Of a stretch of 64,000 nucleotides of DNA, positions 28,108 to 41,590 are shown piece by piece; within the stretch, counting starts at the first letter, position 1, and every line of letters starts with the position of its first letter. This DNA is from Octopus vulgaris (taxonomy: Eukaryota), in the NCBI GenBank assembly GCA_951406725.2, contig OX597823.1, positions 29,760,001 to 29,824,000 on the forward strand, in the 5' to 3' direction. The notes below the pieces were generated by a model. It saw nothing but the letters and a program-made list of their open reading frames with translations. It did not search any database and was not told where the DNA came from. Made by a program: the position numbers and the translations under genes.

Positions 28108-28485
28108 TAAAGACTTGTTAATAGAAATTGAAAAAATGTGGCATCTCAAGGCGACTACAGTACCAGTGATTGTAGGATCTCTAGGAATGATTAAAAAAAA
28201 AAGGTACTGAAACCTATTTGAAAATGATTCCAGGCTTACCATCCCTACAGGAAGTGCAAAAAATCGTATTAACTGGTCCGGCTCATGTACTGAGAAGAGC
28301 ATTATCGCTGTGAAAATAACATCCATCCATGAATTTATTTATTTATTAATTTTTAAAAACATATTTTACCTGTGAATTTGTGCGTGTAATATGGGCATGC
28401 ATACAATGAGCTTCTCTGCCCTAGGTGTATGGAAAACACCCGGCGAGAAACGGAAGAAAATTTGAAGAAAGAAGGAAAAGACATT

Positions 28486-28487
<2 letters not shown>
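28108..28487 (+). mobile_element. R4/Dong 3' fragment
   Basis: KDLLIEIEKMWHLKATTVPVIVGSLGMIKK...LQEVQKIVLTGPAHVLRRALSL*, then UTR ending in (TAA)n. Confidence 0.85.
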
Positions 28488-28516
<29 letters not shown>

Positions 28517-28529
28517 CAACAACAACAAT

Positions 28530-29553
28530 GTGCAGACATTGATCGCCTATACATGAAGAGAGCAAATGAAGGAAGGGGACGTAAAAGTCTGTGTGCGTGT
28601 CGAATTCGAGGGCTTAATGAGATACTTATCCCAAAGTAAGGAAACCTTGCTAGTTAGGAACAAGGGAGTACTGAGAGCAGAGGACAAAGAGAAAATAAAG
28701 GAAGAAGTGCAAAAGGGACATGAAGAAGAATTTCGCAAGAAGGGACTAGACAATCAATTCCACGTAGCCACAAAGAATTTGCTAGAAAAATAGGTGGGAT
28801 TGGCTGATGAAAGGAACCCTAAAAAAGAGACCGAGAGCCTTATACTGGCAGCGCAAGATCAAGCTCTGACCACGAACTGGAGGGTCAACCTTAGGAATGA
28901 GTAAATGTCTCCGTTGCACTGCATCTTCAATGGGGTGGATGAAATCATTGCCCATATCACGAACGAAAGCCCTAAAATTTCCCCAAACCACTACAAGTTA
29001 TAGCGAAAGTGCTTCATTGGAAACTGTGCGAAAAGTGGGGGCCAGGGAGAGGCAAGACGTGGTACAAACCACTGAGAGTGGCAGAGTCAGAGACTAGCAA
29101 AATCCTCTGGGATTTCTCAATCCAAACAGATCAGGTGCTAGAACATAACAGACTGGACCTAGTGGTGGTGGACAAGGCGCACCACATATGCTATATAGTT
29201 GACGTTGCATGCCCCTTTGACCCACGAATAGTCAAAAGAAAGATAAATACAACCCTCTTAAGTGCGAAATAGCCCAGCTTTGGAAAATGAAGAAAGTGAA
29301 GATAGTGCCAACTATTGTTGGGTCCTTGGGAACAGTATCAGAAGGCATCAAGAAGAATATAAAGGAAATTGGAATAGAGTACCCAGTAGAACTGTTACAA
29401 AAGGCTTGCCTCTTTTGCACGGCCAGAATAATCGAGAAAGTATTAGATAGCTGAAAAGAACGAATAGCATGGTGCCGTAGGCTGCAGGTAGTAAGCCCGC
29501 TACGCACACAAAACTCCAGGAACTCCAAAACCTATGATAAAGAAAAAATAATA
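28530..29553 (+). mobile_element. Decayed R4/Dong 3' portion (different family)
   Basis: LILAAQDQ, LHWKLCEK, KILWDFSIQTDQVLEHNRLDLVVVDK, VDVACPFD, VPTIVGSLGTV, LLQKACL; preceded by (TAA)n(CAA)n and ends aataataat. Confidence 0.88.
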
Positions 29554-29554
29554 A

Positions 29555-29763
29555 TGGTTTCAAATTTTGACACAAGGGCAGCCATTTTTGTAAAGGGGAC
29601 TAGTCGATTACATGGACCCCAGTAAGTCACGGTACTTAATTTATCGATTCCGAAAGGGTGAAAGGCAAAGTCGACCTCGGCGGAATTTCAACTCAGAACG
29701 TAGCGGCAAACTGCCTCAAAGCATTTCGCCTGACTTGCTAACGATTCTGTCAGCTCACCAACT
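29555..29763 (-). mobile_element. SINE family C variant
   Basis: gaaaggcaaagtcgacctcggcggaatttcaactcagaacg...cagctc. Confidence 0.8.
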
Positions 29764-30047
29764 TAATAATAAGTAGTAGTTGGGACGATTTGTTCGACTA
29801 AAATTCTTCAGCCCTAGCATGGCCACGGTTTATTGAATGAAACAAGTAGAAGAATAGAAGATACATTTGTACATACCTGTACTTATAGATAGACAGACAG
29901 ACAGAGAGATAGATAGATAGATCGACAGACAGACAGATAGATAGACAGACAGATAGATAGACAGACAGATAGACAGACAGGTATATATATAGACAGACAG
30001 ATAGATACATAGACATAGACAGGCAGATAGACACATAGATACAGACA

Positions 30048-30099
<52 letters not shown>

Positions 30100-30258
30100 A
30101 CACCAAGTAAGTTAGGGGTTGTGGATAATACTTATCCAATATACTGTTGGTATAATACCCAAATTATTAATACACAAGTGTTTTTAATTGCAATGCAATT
30201 AACTTACTTATTGTATTAAATGGGTGAAGGTAAAGAAATATTTTACCATTAATTTATA

Positions 30259-30637
30259 TTACAAATAAGAAAATGGAGAAACACATTGGTTGGTTTATCA
30301 GCTTTAGGATATTAGAATGTTGACTTATTTATTTATCAAAACGAAGACCATAATAACATACATATATACAATACTGTAGAAGAAAGCTGCGGTAACAGGA
30401 GTGTGACGAAAGAACTCTGGCCGAAATAAGATTAAGATTAATGTAAAAAATAAATAACACTGAAGCAAAGTAACACCAAATATATAGTGCGTGGGTTTTT
30501 ATTGGCTAAACTGGCAAAATGAGCATTCCGAAATACAACGATGTATATTTATCGTTTTGATAAATAAATAAGTCAACATTCTAATATCCTAAAGCTGATA
30601 AACCAACTAATGTGTTTCTCCATTTTCTTATTTGTAA
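30259..30637. repeat. 86-bp inverted repeat (30259-30344 / 30552-30637), TA-flanked
   Basis: Near-perfect reverse complement; terminus aaataagaaaatggagaaa shared with the element starting at ~15135. Confidence 0.88.
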
Positions 30638-30643
30638 GATTTT

Positions 30644-30716
<73 letters not shown>

Positions 30717-31394
30717 AGAGAGGGAGAGAGAGAGAGAGACCGACAGACAGACAGATAGATAGACACACAGACAAACAGGTAGATAGATAGACAGATAGAG
30801 AGAGGGGGAGGTGCGTGTGTGTGTGTGTACTACAGTGCATTCACCTCAGGTACGGTCGATTGGTGGGGAATCGCTAGAAACTCGGTACATTTCGGCGCTA
30901 CCCCGTCACCCTTCTCTAACCGGTACTAAACCTACATTAATATTACTAGAAAACATCCGGTTATTTACGTTCTCAACACACGCAGCGCCGCATTCTTTCA
31001 ATTATTCACGAAGTCATCAAAACAATCTAGGGTGGGTTACACCCATCTCTGCTTTATCCATCAACCATCCTAATTAACCATCACAAACAGTTGATGGAGG
31101 GGCCTTTTCTTCTTTTCTTATGTATGACTTTCAAATACTGTCTGCGATACGTTCAACGATACAGTTTGCGGCAGAAAAACCTACCATATTTTATACGGCC
31201 ACTAATGTTGCGCTATTAAACATAGTCAAGTTATAATGATGTCTACATGTAGCTACTCTTTTACCGTTCTTTATTTTGTGCAGAATTATTGTTTCAACTG
31301 GAGACTATTGTGTACTTCTTGCTAAAATGTTTACCAAGAATAATAAATCTCATGAATTTTTTTTTTTTAACGTACTCTGTTTATATTTCTCTTT

Positions 31395-31781
31395 GTGGAG
31401 GCGCAATGGCCCAGTGGTTAGGGCAGCGGACTCGCGGTCATAGGATCGCGGTTTCGATTCCCAGACCGGGCGTTGTGAGTGTTTTTAATGAGCGAAAACA
31501 CCTAAAGCTCCACGAGGCTCCGGCAGGGGATGGTGATGATCCCTGCTGTACTCTTTCACCACAACTTTCTCTCACTCTTACTTCCTGTTTCTGTTGTACC
31601 TGTATTTCAAGGGGCCGGCCTTGTCACTCTCTGTGTCACGCTGAATATCCCCGAGAACTACGTTAAGGGTACACGTGTCTGTGGAGTGCTCAGCCACTTA
31701 CACGTTAATTTCACGAGCAGGCTGTTCCGTTGATTCGGATCAACCGGAACCCTCATCGTCGTAACCGACGGAGTGCTTCCA
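31395..31781 (+). mobile_element. SINE family B, full length
   Basis: Near-identical to 12628-13015; TSD ttatatttctc. Confidence 0.95.
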
Positions 31782-32430
31782 TTATATTTCTCACAATGCC
31801 TTGCAGTTTTACAGATTTTGGCTCGATTATTCGTCTGCTTTGGATTTGAGTTCCATTCTAGCGAATTAAAACCTCTGCAGATTATTCACTGATTCCAGCA
31901 ATTCTAAATCTACCAGGACTATTCTAAAACTTTAATGCTTCTGCCTGATATAATCCCACCACATTTTCGCACCTTAAAAACTACGCATTTTATTTTATTT
32001 TATCTTTTAGTGTACACCATATTATTACCGTGAGCTATTAGCATCCTTTAACTAATCAATACATCATTCCTTGCCGTTACTGTCTGTCTTTATGGTAATG
32101 TTTATATAAATAGATTCTTTACATGTTGTGTATGGTGTGAAAGAGAATTTATAACAGCTGCGAATATACAGATTGGCTTACCAACTTTGAAGTTAAGCAG
32201 CGTTTTTCTATGTAACTTTAGACTGCAGTCTCCGGATACAATGGCGAGGTTAAGCAGAGAATCTCATGGAGCCTGACGAGGCGGAAATATGCTGCACCGT
32301 TAGCTAAACCATTGCCGATTCATTCCATAGCATAATTATATTTATTTCAAACACATAAATATACTTTGATATACTGTTTTGGTTTATCGTAGATACATAT
32401 GCAACAACAACATATATATATATATATATT

Positions 32431-32466
<36 letters not shown>

Positions 32467-32695
32467 TTTGCCTTCTTTCTGTTCCTTTCTCTCATTCTCT
32501 CTTCCCTCCGTCCATCTCTTTCTCGCTCTCTCTCTCTATATATGTACACACACACACACATATATATATGTATATACATATATATATATACACATATATA
32601 TATGTGTATGTATATATATATATATGTATATATATAAGCATATACGTAAACATACATATTTATATACGTTCGTATATACACACGTATATATATAT

Positions 32696-32730
<35 letters not shown>

Positions 32731-32789
32731 CATACATACATACATACATACATACATACATGCATACATATGCATGTATATACATATAT

Positions 32790-32842
<53 letters not shown>

Positions 32843-33071
32843 TATTATTCTATAGATTATTCGATTCCATGCGACTTGTGTCGCAGGCCCCTTACAGGAG
32901 CCCGTCTCTTTCAGCTCGCCTTAGATAAACAGGGTCCTATCAGGGACCTACGAAACCTTAAGCCGCATCGAACCGAATCAAATTGTTTTACATAATATAC
33001 GTAACTCCTAATAAATTCGTTAAATGCCCTTCTCTGTCGTTTGTCCACTCATTTGTATATATAGTCCTGAC

Positions 33072-33525
33072 ATGGCTGTGTGGTAAGAAGCTTGCCTCCC
33101 AAACACATGGTTCCGGTTTCAGTCCCACTCCGTGGTATCTTGGGCAAGTGTCTTCTACTATAGCCTCGGGCCGATCAAAGCCTTGTGTGTAAATTTGGTG
33201 GACGGAAACTGAAAGAAGCCCGTCGAATATATGGTGGACGGAAACTGAAAGAAGCCCGTCGAATATATACATGTATGTTTTATGAATATGTGTGTGTGTG
33301 TGTCTTTGTATCTGTTTTTGTTCCCACGCTCAACCGTTTCACAATCGGTGTTGGTGTGTTTGCGTTCCCGTAACTTAATAGTTCAGCAAAAGATACCGAT
33401 ATAATAAGTACCAGGCATTAAAAAAAGAGTAGTGGGGGTAGATTCATTTGATAAAAAAATTCAAGGTGGTGCCACAGCATGGCCGCAGTCTAATGCCTGA
33501 AACAAATATAACATAAAAGAAAAGA
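33072..33525 (+). mobile_element. SINE family A, diverged, with 37-bp internal duplication
   Basis: tggtggacggaaactgaaagaagcccgtcgaatata occurs twice in tandem. Confidence 0.85.
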
Positions 33526-33561
33526 TATATATATGTTTCGTTACATACTAAACACTAAGGT

Positions 33562-33651
<90 letters not shown>

Positions 33652-33686
33652 TGGAGTTGAACGAAGATGTTAATAAAATTCTTTTA

Positions 33687-33768
33687 CTTTCGACATATGT
33701 TTCGAAGACAACATGGTTCTATTCCAAAGGAATAAACGGTGTAAAATGCAATCTTCTCATCAGGAAAG
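33687..33768 (-). ncRNA. Canonical type-I hammerhead ribozyme in a ~290-bp (TA)n-flanked element (33640-33930)
   Basis: ctttc-CTGATGA-gaaga[43 nt]tcttc-GAAA-catatg-TC-gaaag; GUC site. Confidence 0.85.
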
Positions 33769-33928
33769 AAAGAGAACCTCTCTCAACAACAAGACATTAT
33801 AACAATTACGATGACTTATTATATCTGTATCTTTTCAACCGTGTTTCTGACGTGAATTTTGCTACCCTGGTAATGGTTTATTGAATTTTCTATGTTAACG
33901 GTAAACATAGGATAATTCATTCACCCAT

Positions 33929-34093
<165 letters not shown>

Positions 34094-34112
34094 ATATATA
34101 TATATGTATATA

Positions 34113-34910
34113 GGCGTAGGAGTGGCTGTGTGGTAAGTAGCTTGTTAGCGAACCACATGGTTCCGGGTTCAGTATTACTGCGTGTCACCTTGGGCAAGTG
34201 TCTTCTACTAAAGCCTTGTGAATGGATTTGGTAGACGGAAACTGAAAAGAAGCCCGTCGTATATATATGTGTGTCTGTGTGTGTGTGTGTGTGTGCGTGT
34301 GTGTGTGTGTGTATGTTTGTGTGTTTGTGTCTGTCCCTCCAACATCGCTTGACAACCGATTCTGGTGTGTTTAAGTCCCCGTAACTTAGTGGTTCGGTAA
34401 AAGAGACCGATAGAATAAGTACTAGGTTTACAAAGAATAAGTCCTAGGGTCGATTTGGTCGACTAAAAGAGTAAAAGAGTAAAAGATATATATATATAGG
34501 CGCATGAGTGGCTGTGTGGTAAGTAGCTTGCTAACCAACCACATGGTTCCGGGTTCAGTCCCAATGCGTGGCACTTTGGGCAAGTGTCTTCTGCTATAGC
34601 CCCGGGCCGACCAATGCCTTGTGAGTGGATTTGGTAGACGGAAACTGAAAGAAGCCTGTCGTATATATGTATATATATATATATATATATGTATATGTGT
34701 GTATGTGTTTGTGTGTTTGTCCCCCTAGCATTGCTTGACAACCGATGCTGGTGTGTTTAGGTCCCCGTCACTTAGCGGTTCGGCAAAAGAGACCGATAGA
34801 ATAAGTACTGGGCTTACAAAGAATAAGTCCCGGGGTTGATTTGGTCGAATAAAGGCGGTGCTCCAGCATGGCCACAGTTAAATGACTGAAACAAGTAAAA
34901 GAGTAAAAGA
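34113..34910 (+). mobile_element. Two tandem SINE family A copies (34113-34486; 34499-34910)
   Basis: Both start ggcg.a.gagtggctgtgtggtaagtagcttg and end in (gtaaaaga)n. Confidence 0.92.
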
Positions 34911-35849
34911 TATATATATATATATCTATATGCGTGTGTATACATATGCGTTCAATAAAAAAAAATCCTTTGACTCTACTACTTAATACGGAATGATACT
35001 CACTTTCATGGACCGACCTAAGTCCCTTTCAGGGAGGTAAGCATCACACGGTATTAACCCCCTGATATATACTATTATACACACACACACATACACATGC
35101 ACTTGAATATTTACGATTCGGTATCCGTGTACGCGCATCTGGGTATATGTATATGGGTGTATCCGTCTGTGCAGTTCTAAAATTAAATGCACGTAGCCAA
35201 CAAAAAAAACCATATGCGCATACACCCAAATATACGCATAAATTCACACACACACACACACATACAAACTTCCATTCACTCTCCCATCCATCCATCCATC
35301 CATCTACATGTTCATCCACTTTTATGTACTTCCAGCCATCCATATATATGCACATTTGTGCATGCATACTTGCAACCTTCCATACATACATACACGCTAT
35401 TCGGTTGCCACTTCCGGATTCGTTCCTGAAAATCATTCTTTGTAATATCTTACATATGTCGAACCAGCACTGAAATAACACCACACATTTTCACTCTTCA
35501 TCTCGTTGCCTTTTCTATTTTAATGTTTTTCACCTCATGAAAACACTTTGGTGCAGGCGTGGCTACGTGGTTAAAGTGCTTGCTTTGTAGTCATACGGTT
35601 CTGGGTTCGTTTTCATTGAACGGTATCTGAAGCAAGTGTCATCATTTCTACTCAAGGCGCAAAGTTTTGGGAAGGGGGCCAGTCGATTAGATCGACCCCA
35701 GTACACAAGTAGTACTTTATTTATCGACCCCGAAAGGATGAAAGGCAAAGTCGACTTCGGCGGAATTTGAACTCAGAACGTTTCTGCCAGTTCTCGGCGC
35801 CGTCTGCCACAAGCTTCGAGTTAACTTGTGCTTTTGTGAGCGGAATTTG

Positions 35850-35916
<67 letters not shown>

Positions 35917-36039
35917 ATGTTCTTTTAAGACACAGGAAAGAAAACTGATTTGACGGAGAAGAATAAAAATAAGGATATTATAAACTATTAAATTTTTATA
36001 AATGCAATTGTTAATTGAACGGTTCTTCATGTTGACATC

Positions 36040-36244
36040 CTGATGAATGATGAAGAATGGTGGTGACGATGGTGATGATGAATGATGAATGATAGTGAAT
36101 GATGATGATGATGACTACGATGATGATGATGAATGATGATGATAATGAATGATGATGATAATGAATGATGATGATAATGAATGATGATGATAATGAATGA
36201 TGATGATAATGATGAATGATGATGATGGTGAATGATGATGATGG

Positions 36245-36275
<31 letters not shown>

Positions 36276-36470
36276 TGATGATTATGAATGATGATGATGA
36301 CGATGTTGATGAATGATGATGACGATGATTATGAATGATGATGATGATGATGATGAATGATGATGATGAAGGATGAATGATGACGATAATGATGATGAAT
36401 GATTAATGATGATGGTGATGATGATAATGATGATGACGACGTTGATGAATAAGGATGACGATGATTATGA

Positions 36471-36524
<54 letters not shown>

Positions 36525-36695
36525 TTGATGATGATGAATGATAAATGATGATGATGATAAATGATGATGACAACGCGATGATGATGATGAATGATTAAGG
36601 ATGATGGTGATGATGATGATGACGTTGATGATGCTGAATTATAATGGTGACGATGATGAAAGCGATGAGGATGATGATGAGGATGATGATGAATC
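36040..36695. repeat. Degenerate (GAT)n/(GAAT) low-complexity array
   Basis: Direct reading. Confidence 0.95.
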
Positions 36696-36699
36696 ATAA

Positions 36700-37020
36700 T
36701 TTGTTGGACTCCGCCAAAAAGATTGACATATCATTGAGGTAAGAAGACCAGACATGGTTATAGAGGACAAAATAAACAAACGGTATAAGATCATCAATTT
36801 TGCAATTCCCTATCAGAGCAGAAATGGAAAAAATTGCGAAAATATCAGGATCTAGCCAGGAAGCTGAGGAGAGTGTGGAAGAACACGGCAAGAATTATTC
36901 CTGTAGTAATTGGTGCACTTAGCACAATACCCAAAAATGCTACCGAACAGACTGAAAGAAATCGGTATTGAAATTCCTGCAGAAAAGAACCTTCCTATAC
37001 TCTGCTGGAATAATTCTTGA
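36700..37020 (+). mobile_element. Decayed R4/Dong endonuclease fragment
   Basis: RPDMVIEDK...IINFAIP...KYQDLARKLRRVW...RIIPVVIGALSTIPK. Confidence 0.8.
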
Positions 37021-37124
37021 GATGTGAGGAGATATGTTGTCACCAAAGTATCGAGATAAAATACCTGCTAACTAAATGAGTATATGCAGCCATACCATTA
37101 AGAACAGCATTAAGAACAACGAAT

Positions 37125-37510
37125 GAAGAAGAACGAAGATGGAAGAACGAAGGAAGGAGGAGGAGGAACAGGGGGAGGTGAGGAGGAAAAGGAAAAAGAG
37201 GGGAGGAGAAAGAGGAGGAAAAAGAAGAGGATGATGAGGAGGAAGCAGAAGGAGAAGAAGAGGAGCAAGAGGAAGAAGAAGAAGAAGAAGAAGAAGAAGA
37301 AGGAGAAGAAGAAGAAGAAGAAGGAGAAGCGGAGCAGGAGCAGGAGGAGGTGGAGGAGGAGCAGAAGGAGGAGGAGGTGGAGGAGGAGCAGAAGGAGGAG
37401 GAAAAAGAAGAAGAAGAAGAAGAAGAAGAAGAAGAAGAAGAGGAAGAGGAAGGGGATGAAGCAGAAGGGGGTAAAAGAAAGCGAAGAAAAAAGAAAAGAA
37501 AAAGAAGACG
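37125..37510. repeat. Purine-rich (GAA)n/(GGA)n low-complexity tract
   Basis: Direct reading. Confidence 0.95.
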
Positions 37511-37954
37511 ACACCGACTGTTTCCTTTCTGTGATCTATAGTTGCCATAGTTACAAAGGAGCAAGCCTGTCACGTGTGGCATATCTATCAACCCCCGTCT
37601 TTCTCTCTCTCTCGCAATTAAACACTCTTTCACCGCCTGCACTTAACATTCTTGGATGGTGGATATTATCATTTGTTCCCAAATAATCATGTTGTTTTTT
37701 TACTCCAAGAGATAAACAATTTTACAAAACAAAATTTAAAATCAGATATCTCCTCCACTCCCTCCCCCCCCCCCTACCTCTTCTGGGAGAAAATCGAGAC
37801 CGAAAACTTATAATAAAACAAGGAAAAAATATAGATTTGCATAGGTGTCAAAAATTAAAAAGCAAACAATTCAAGGAAAAATGAAAAATGCAGAAATTTT
37901 ACAGAGCCGAGATCGAGTGTTTTTCCAATCGCGTGTCAACAACGGTAATGATTT

Positions 37955-38165
37955 AAAATTTTTGCCACAAGGGCAGCTTGTGGGGAGATGAAGATGTGTC
38001 GATTACATTGATCCCAGTGTTCAACTGGTACTTAATTTATTGAACCCCGAAAGGATGAAAGGCAAAGTCGACCTCGGCGGAATTTGAACTCAGAACGTAG
38101 CGACGGGCGAAATACCGCTAAGTATTTCGTCCGGTGCGCTAATGATTCTGCCAGCTCGCAGCCTT
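37955..38165 (-). mobile_element. SINE family C
   Basis: ccccgaaaggatgaaaggcaaagtcgacctcggcggaatttgaactcagaacg...ctgccagctcgc. Confidence 0.88.
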
Positions 38166-38633
38166 AATACCAACAACAACAACAACAACAATAATAACAA
38201 TGACGACGACGTCGACGACGACAACAACAACGAGAGGAGGATTTCTTTCATTTAGCACAAAATCACTCGATGAAGTGAAATTGCAAAGAATAATTTTAAG
38301 TAATTTGATTAAAAGCACAAAATATTTTGAAAATAGAAATATTGCATTTCTAAATCTCACAGAGAGATTTATACAGTAGCAGCACGATAAAGTGATAGTA
38401 TGTTGTCAACTTAATGTGACAATCCCATGAAAGGGAAGAATGTTACAGTTATTTATCCCTAAGAAACCCTGTTTCCTGTTGAACTTGACACATTTCCTTC
38501 TACTGCATAAATCTCACTGAGAGATTTAGAAATATATTATTTCTATTTTCAAAAATCAGTGAATGTATTTCACTTGAAATTATAAATGGTTTCAAAGGCG
38601 GATAGGCATCGACAGCTAGCAAGCCATACTACT

Positions 38634-38674
38634 CCGGACTGATGATGAGCAATGACTCTGAAACTAGTCTCTGA
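38634..38674 (+). ncRNA. Minimal hammerhead (slightly decayed) within interleaved inverted repeats 38326-38831
   Basis: cgga-CTGATGA-t-gag(caatga)ctc-t-GAAA-ctag-TC-tctg. Confidence 0.68.
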
Positions 38675-38967
38675 ATGCTGGCTTTGCTGGGTAGAGGTGC
38701 TTGTCTCCACTTTGAAAACGTAAGGACACAGGAAATGTGTCAAGTCCAACAGAAAGCGGTGTTTCCTAGGGCTAAATAACAGTAGCATTCTTCCCTGGGA
38801 CTGTCGCATTAAGTTGATAACATGCTATCACAAAATATTTTGCTTAAATAACATTCAACACATGTGGAAAATAATGAAGAACGCATCGAGATACGAACAG
38901 AAGAAAAGAAATCGTTTTCAAATAAAAGAAACTATATTTTAGAACTGATCTACTAAGTCCACAAATC

Positions 38968-39300
38968 TACATGGCTCAGTGGTTAGAGTGTTGAGCTTAC
39001 GAGCTTGAGGTTATGAGATCAATTCCCTGACCGGGCTGTATGTTGTGTTCTTGAACAAGACACTTTATTTCATGTTATTTCAGTTCACTCAGCTGTAGAA
39101 ATGAGTTGTAACGTCACTGGTGCGAAGCTGCATCGGCCCCTTTGCCTTTCTCCTGGATAACATCGGTGGTATAGAGAGGGGAGGATGATATGCATGGGTG
39201 ACTGCTGGTCTTCCATAAACAACCTTGCCCCGACTTGTGCCTCGCAGGGTAACTTTCTAGGTGCAATCCCATGGTCATTCATAACGAAGTGGGTCATCCC
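38968..39300 (+). mobile_element. Older tRNA-derived CORE-like SINE
   Basis: A box tggctcagtggttagag, gatcaattccc, CORE-like gttgtgttcttgaacaagacactttatttcatg; related fragment at 56265-56385. Confidence 0.7.
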
Positions 39301-39526
39301 TTTTTACTAAGGCCTCTATTATATGAAAAATTCTAATGGCTAGCTTGGCTAGTGCTTATTCTAAAGACTAGGCTAGGGTTTAATGGGGGATTTTCGTAGC
39401 GTAATTTTAATGCAAACTCGAATAGAAAATATCATAAAAATGGCCCTTCTCGTAGTTATCTTCCTAAATAAAAACAAAATCACAAGTTAATGTCGAGCTA
39501 ATGAACAATGTAATATATATAATTGG

Positions 39527-39988
39527 CCCTTTTGCCCTTTTGCCCTTTTCGTCAATGCAGACGGTCAATTTAGCTTAGGGGTCACTTAAGCGAACATATC
39601 AAGGGCTCCCCTTCTTGCAGCTTCTTTCATGGCTGATTCTTCCTACGATTGAAGCACAGCTTCTGTCACAGTACCTGCATACCAAGAGGGTGGCTCGGCG
39701 CTCTGTATTTCTGTTGTTTTCCTTTCGCCGCTGACGCTTCTCAACTTGTTTGTTTCTGTAGCTGCTCTCTAACAAAGCAGTTCCTTCCTTCACCAAAGTC
39801 GTCCATGTTGTTCTGTCTTCGGCCCTCCCTTCCCAGGTGCTGACATCCACCCCACACTTGGGCAAACTAGTTTTGCAAGTATCCTTATACCTCAGTTTTG
39901 GTTTTCCTCTTGGTCTCTTGCCCTGGGCCAGTTCTCCAGAGAACAGTTGCTTCGGGATTCGATGGTCATCCATACTCTTGACATGCCT
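39527..39988 (-). mobile_element. RTE-clade (BovB-like) LINE 3' fragment
   Basis: MDDHRIPKQLFSGELAQGKRPRGKPKLRYKD...W...AEDRTTW...CRYCDRSC...SHERSC; short tandem tail (aaaagggc)n. Confidence 0.92.
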
Positions 39989-40155
39989 TTTACATATTCG
40001 TTTTACATATAAATATAAAACATGCAGTGTACCATAAAAACGGCAAACTGGTTATGGAGAAAAAAGTAAAAATTATAAATCCAGACTCACTGACGAATGT
40101 ATTTTCCCGATAAACAATAATAAAACTAACAACAACAACAACAAAAACACATATA

Positions 40156-40321
40156 GGTGCAGGAGTGGCTGTGTGGTAAGTAGCTTGTTTACCAACCACA
40201 TGGTCCCGGGTTCAGTCCCACTGCGTGGCATCTTGGGCAAGTGTCTTTTGCTATAGCCTCAGGCCGACCAAAGTGGATTTGGTAGACCGAAACTGAAAGA
40301 AGCCCGTCGCATATATATATA

Positions 40322-40385
<64 letters not shown>

Positions 40386-40628
40386 TGGGGGTCTGTGTGT
40401 GTATACATGTATTTCCATGTCTGTGTTTGTCCCCTTACCATCGCTTGACAACCGATGTTGGTGTGTTTGCGTCCTAGTAACTTAACGGCTCGGCAAAAAG
40501 AGACCGATAGAATGAGTACTAGGCTTTCAAAGGGTATGTCCTGGGGTCGACTTGTTCGACTAAAAAGGCGGTGCTCCCACATGGACGCAGTCAAATGAGT
40601 GAAACAAATAAGAGAAAAAGAATAAAGA
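40156..40628 (+). mobile_element. SINE family A, full length
   Basis: tRNA-like head, CORE-like gcgtggcatcttgggcaagtgtctt, (TG)n linker, 3' tail. Confidence 0.92.
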
Positions 40629-40914
40629 CCAAATTACAGAAAGAACATACGCTAAAGGTAAAAAAAAACAACAACAGAGGTGAACTATGCAACATGAAGT
40701 AGGCTGCAGAGCTGAAGGGTAATAACTTATTGGCAGAGGATAAAAAAATATGTCGGAAGGGTGAGCGTCTGAAAAGAGGTGTCGTTGTTGAATCAGGTTA
40801 ATACAAAAGAAAGCAAAAAACAAGGAAAGAAACTTAGAATGGCAAAGATTGATTACAGAAAAGTTTTTGGTAATACAGCTGACGCTTGGATACCGGAGAC
40901 GCTACGTAGATTCT

Positions 40915-41164
40915 CTTCTATTTCTTTACTGGCTTCAGTCAGTTGACTTCGGCCATACTGGAGCACCGCCTTTAGTCGAACAAATCGACCCCAGGACTTA
41001 TTCTTCGTAAACCTAGTACTTATTCAATCGCAATCTTTTGACGAACCGGTGAGTTATGCACACGTAAACACAACAAATAACAATTGTCAAGCGATGGTGT
41101 AGGTACAAACACACAGACACACACGCAAACATATACACACACACACACAAACACATATATATGT

Positions 41165-41262
<98 letters not shown>

Positions 41263-41590
41263 GGAGAATTAAGTTCCAGGATTTTCCTGAAGAGAAGGCT
41301 GCAAAATGGACTCCTTATTCAATCCGAATTAGGGACTTTGCAGCCTTTGAAACATATGTAGAAAATAATAAAAAGGAATTTTGTTAAATCTTCGTTCAGC
41401 TCCATTTCTTCCTACACTAAATATATATATACATATATATATATATACAACGTGCTTCTTTCAGTTTCCGCCTACCAAATCCACTCACAAGCATCCGGTT
41501 GGTTCGAAGCTATAGCAGAAGACACTTGCCCAAAGTGGCACGCAGTGGAACTGAACCCGGAACTATGTGATTGGGAAACAAGCTTCTTTA
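40915..41590 (-). mobile_element. SINE family A with an HHR element (~41260-41420) inserted in its microsatellite linker
   Basis: 3' half at 40915-41100, 5' half at 41448-41590. Confidence 0.82.
41281..41366 (+). ncRNA. Canonical type-I hammerhead ribozyme
   Basis: attttc-CTGAAGA-gaaggctgcaaa[31 nt]tttgcagccttt-GAAA-catatg-TA-gaaaat; 6-bp stem I, 12-bp stem II. Confidence 0.88.

Noticed and set aside
27757-28326. 189-aa minus-strand ORF
   Set aside because: Chimeric read-through of an antisense Dong fragment and a Helitron-like 5' end.
32274-32292. CTGACGA..GAAA
   Set aside because: No stem II or stem I; chance match.
37040-37686. Poly-S/K/E ORFs of 130-200 aa
   Set aside because: Products of a (GAA/GGA)n tract, with no domain or splice evidence.
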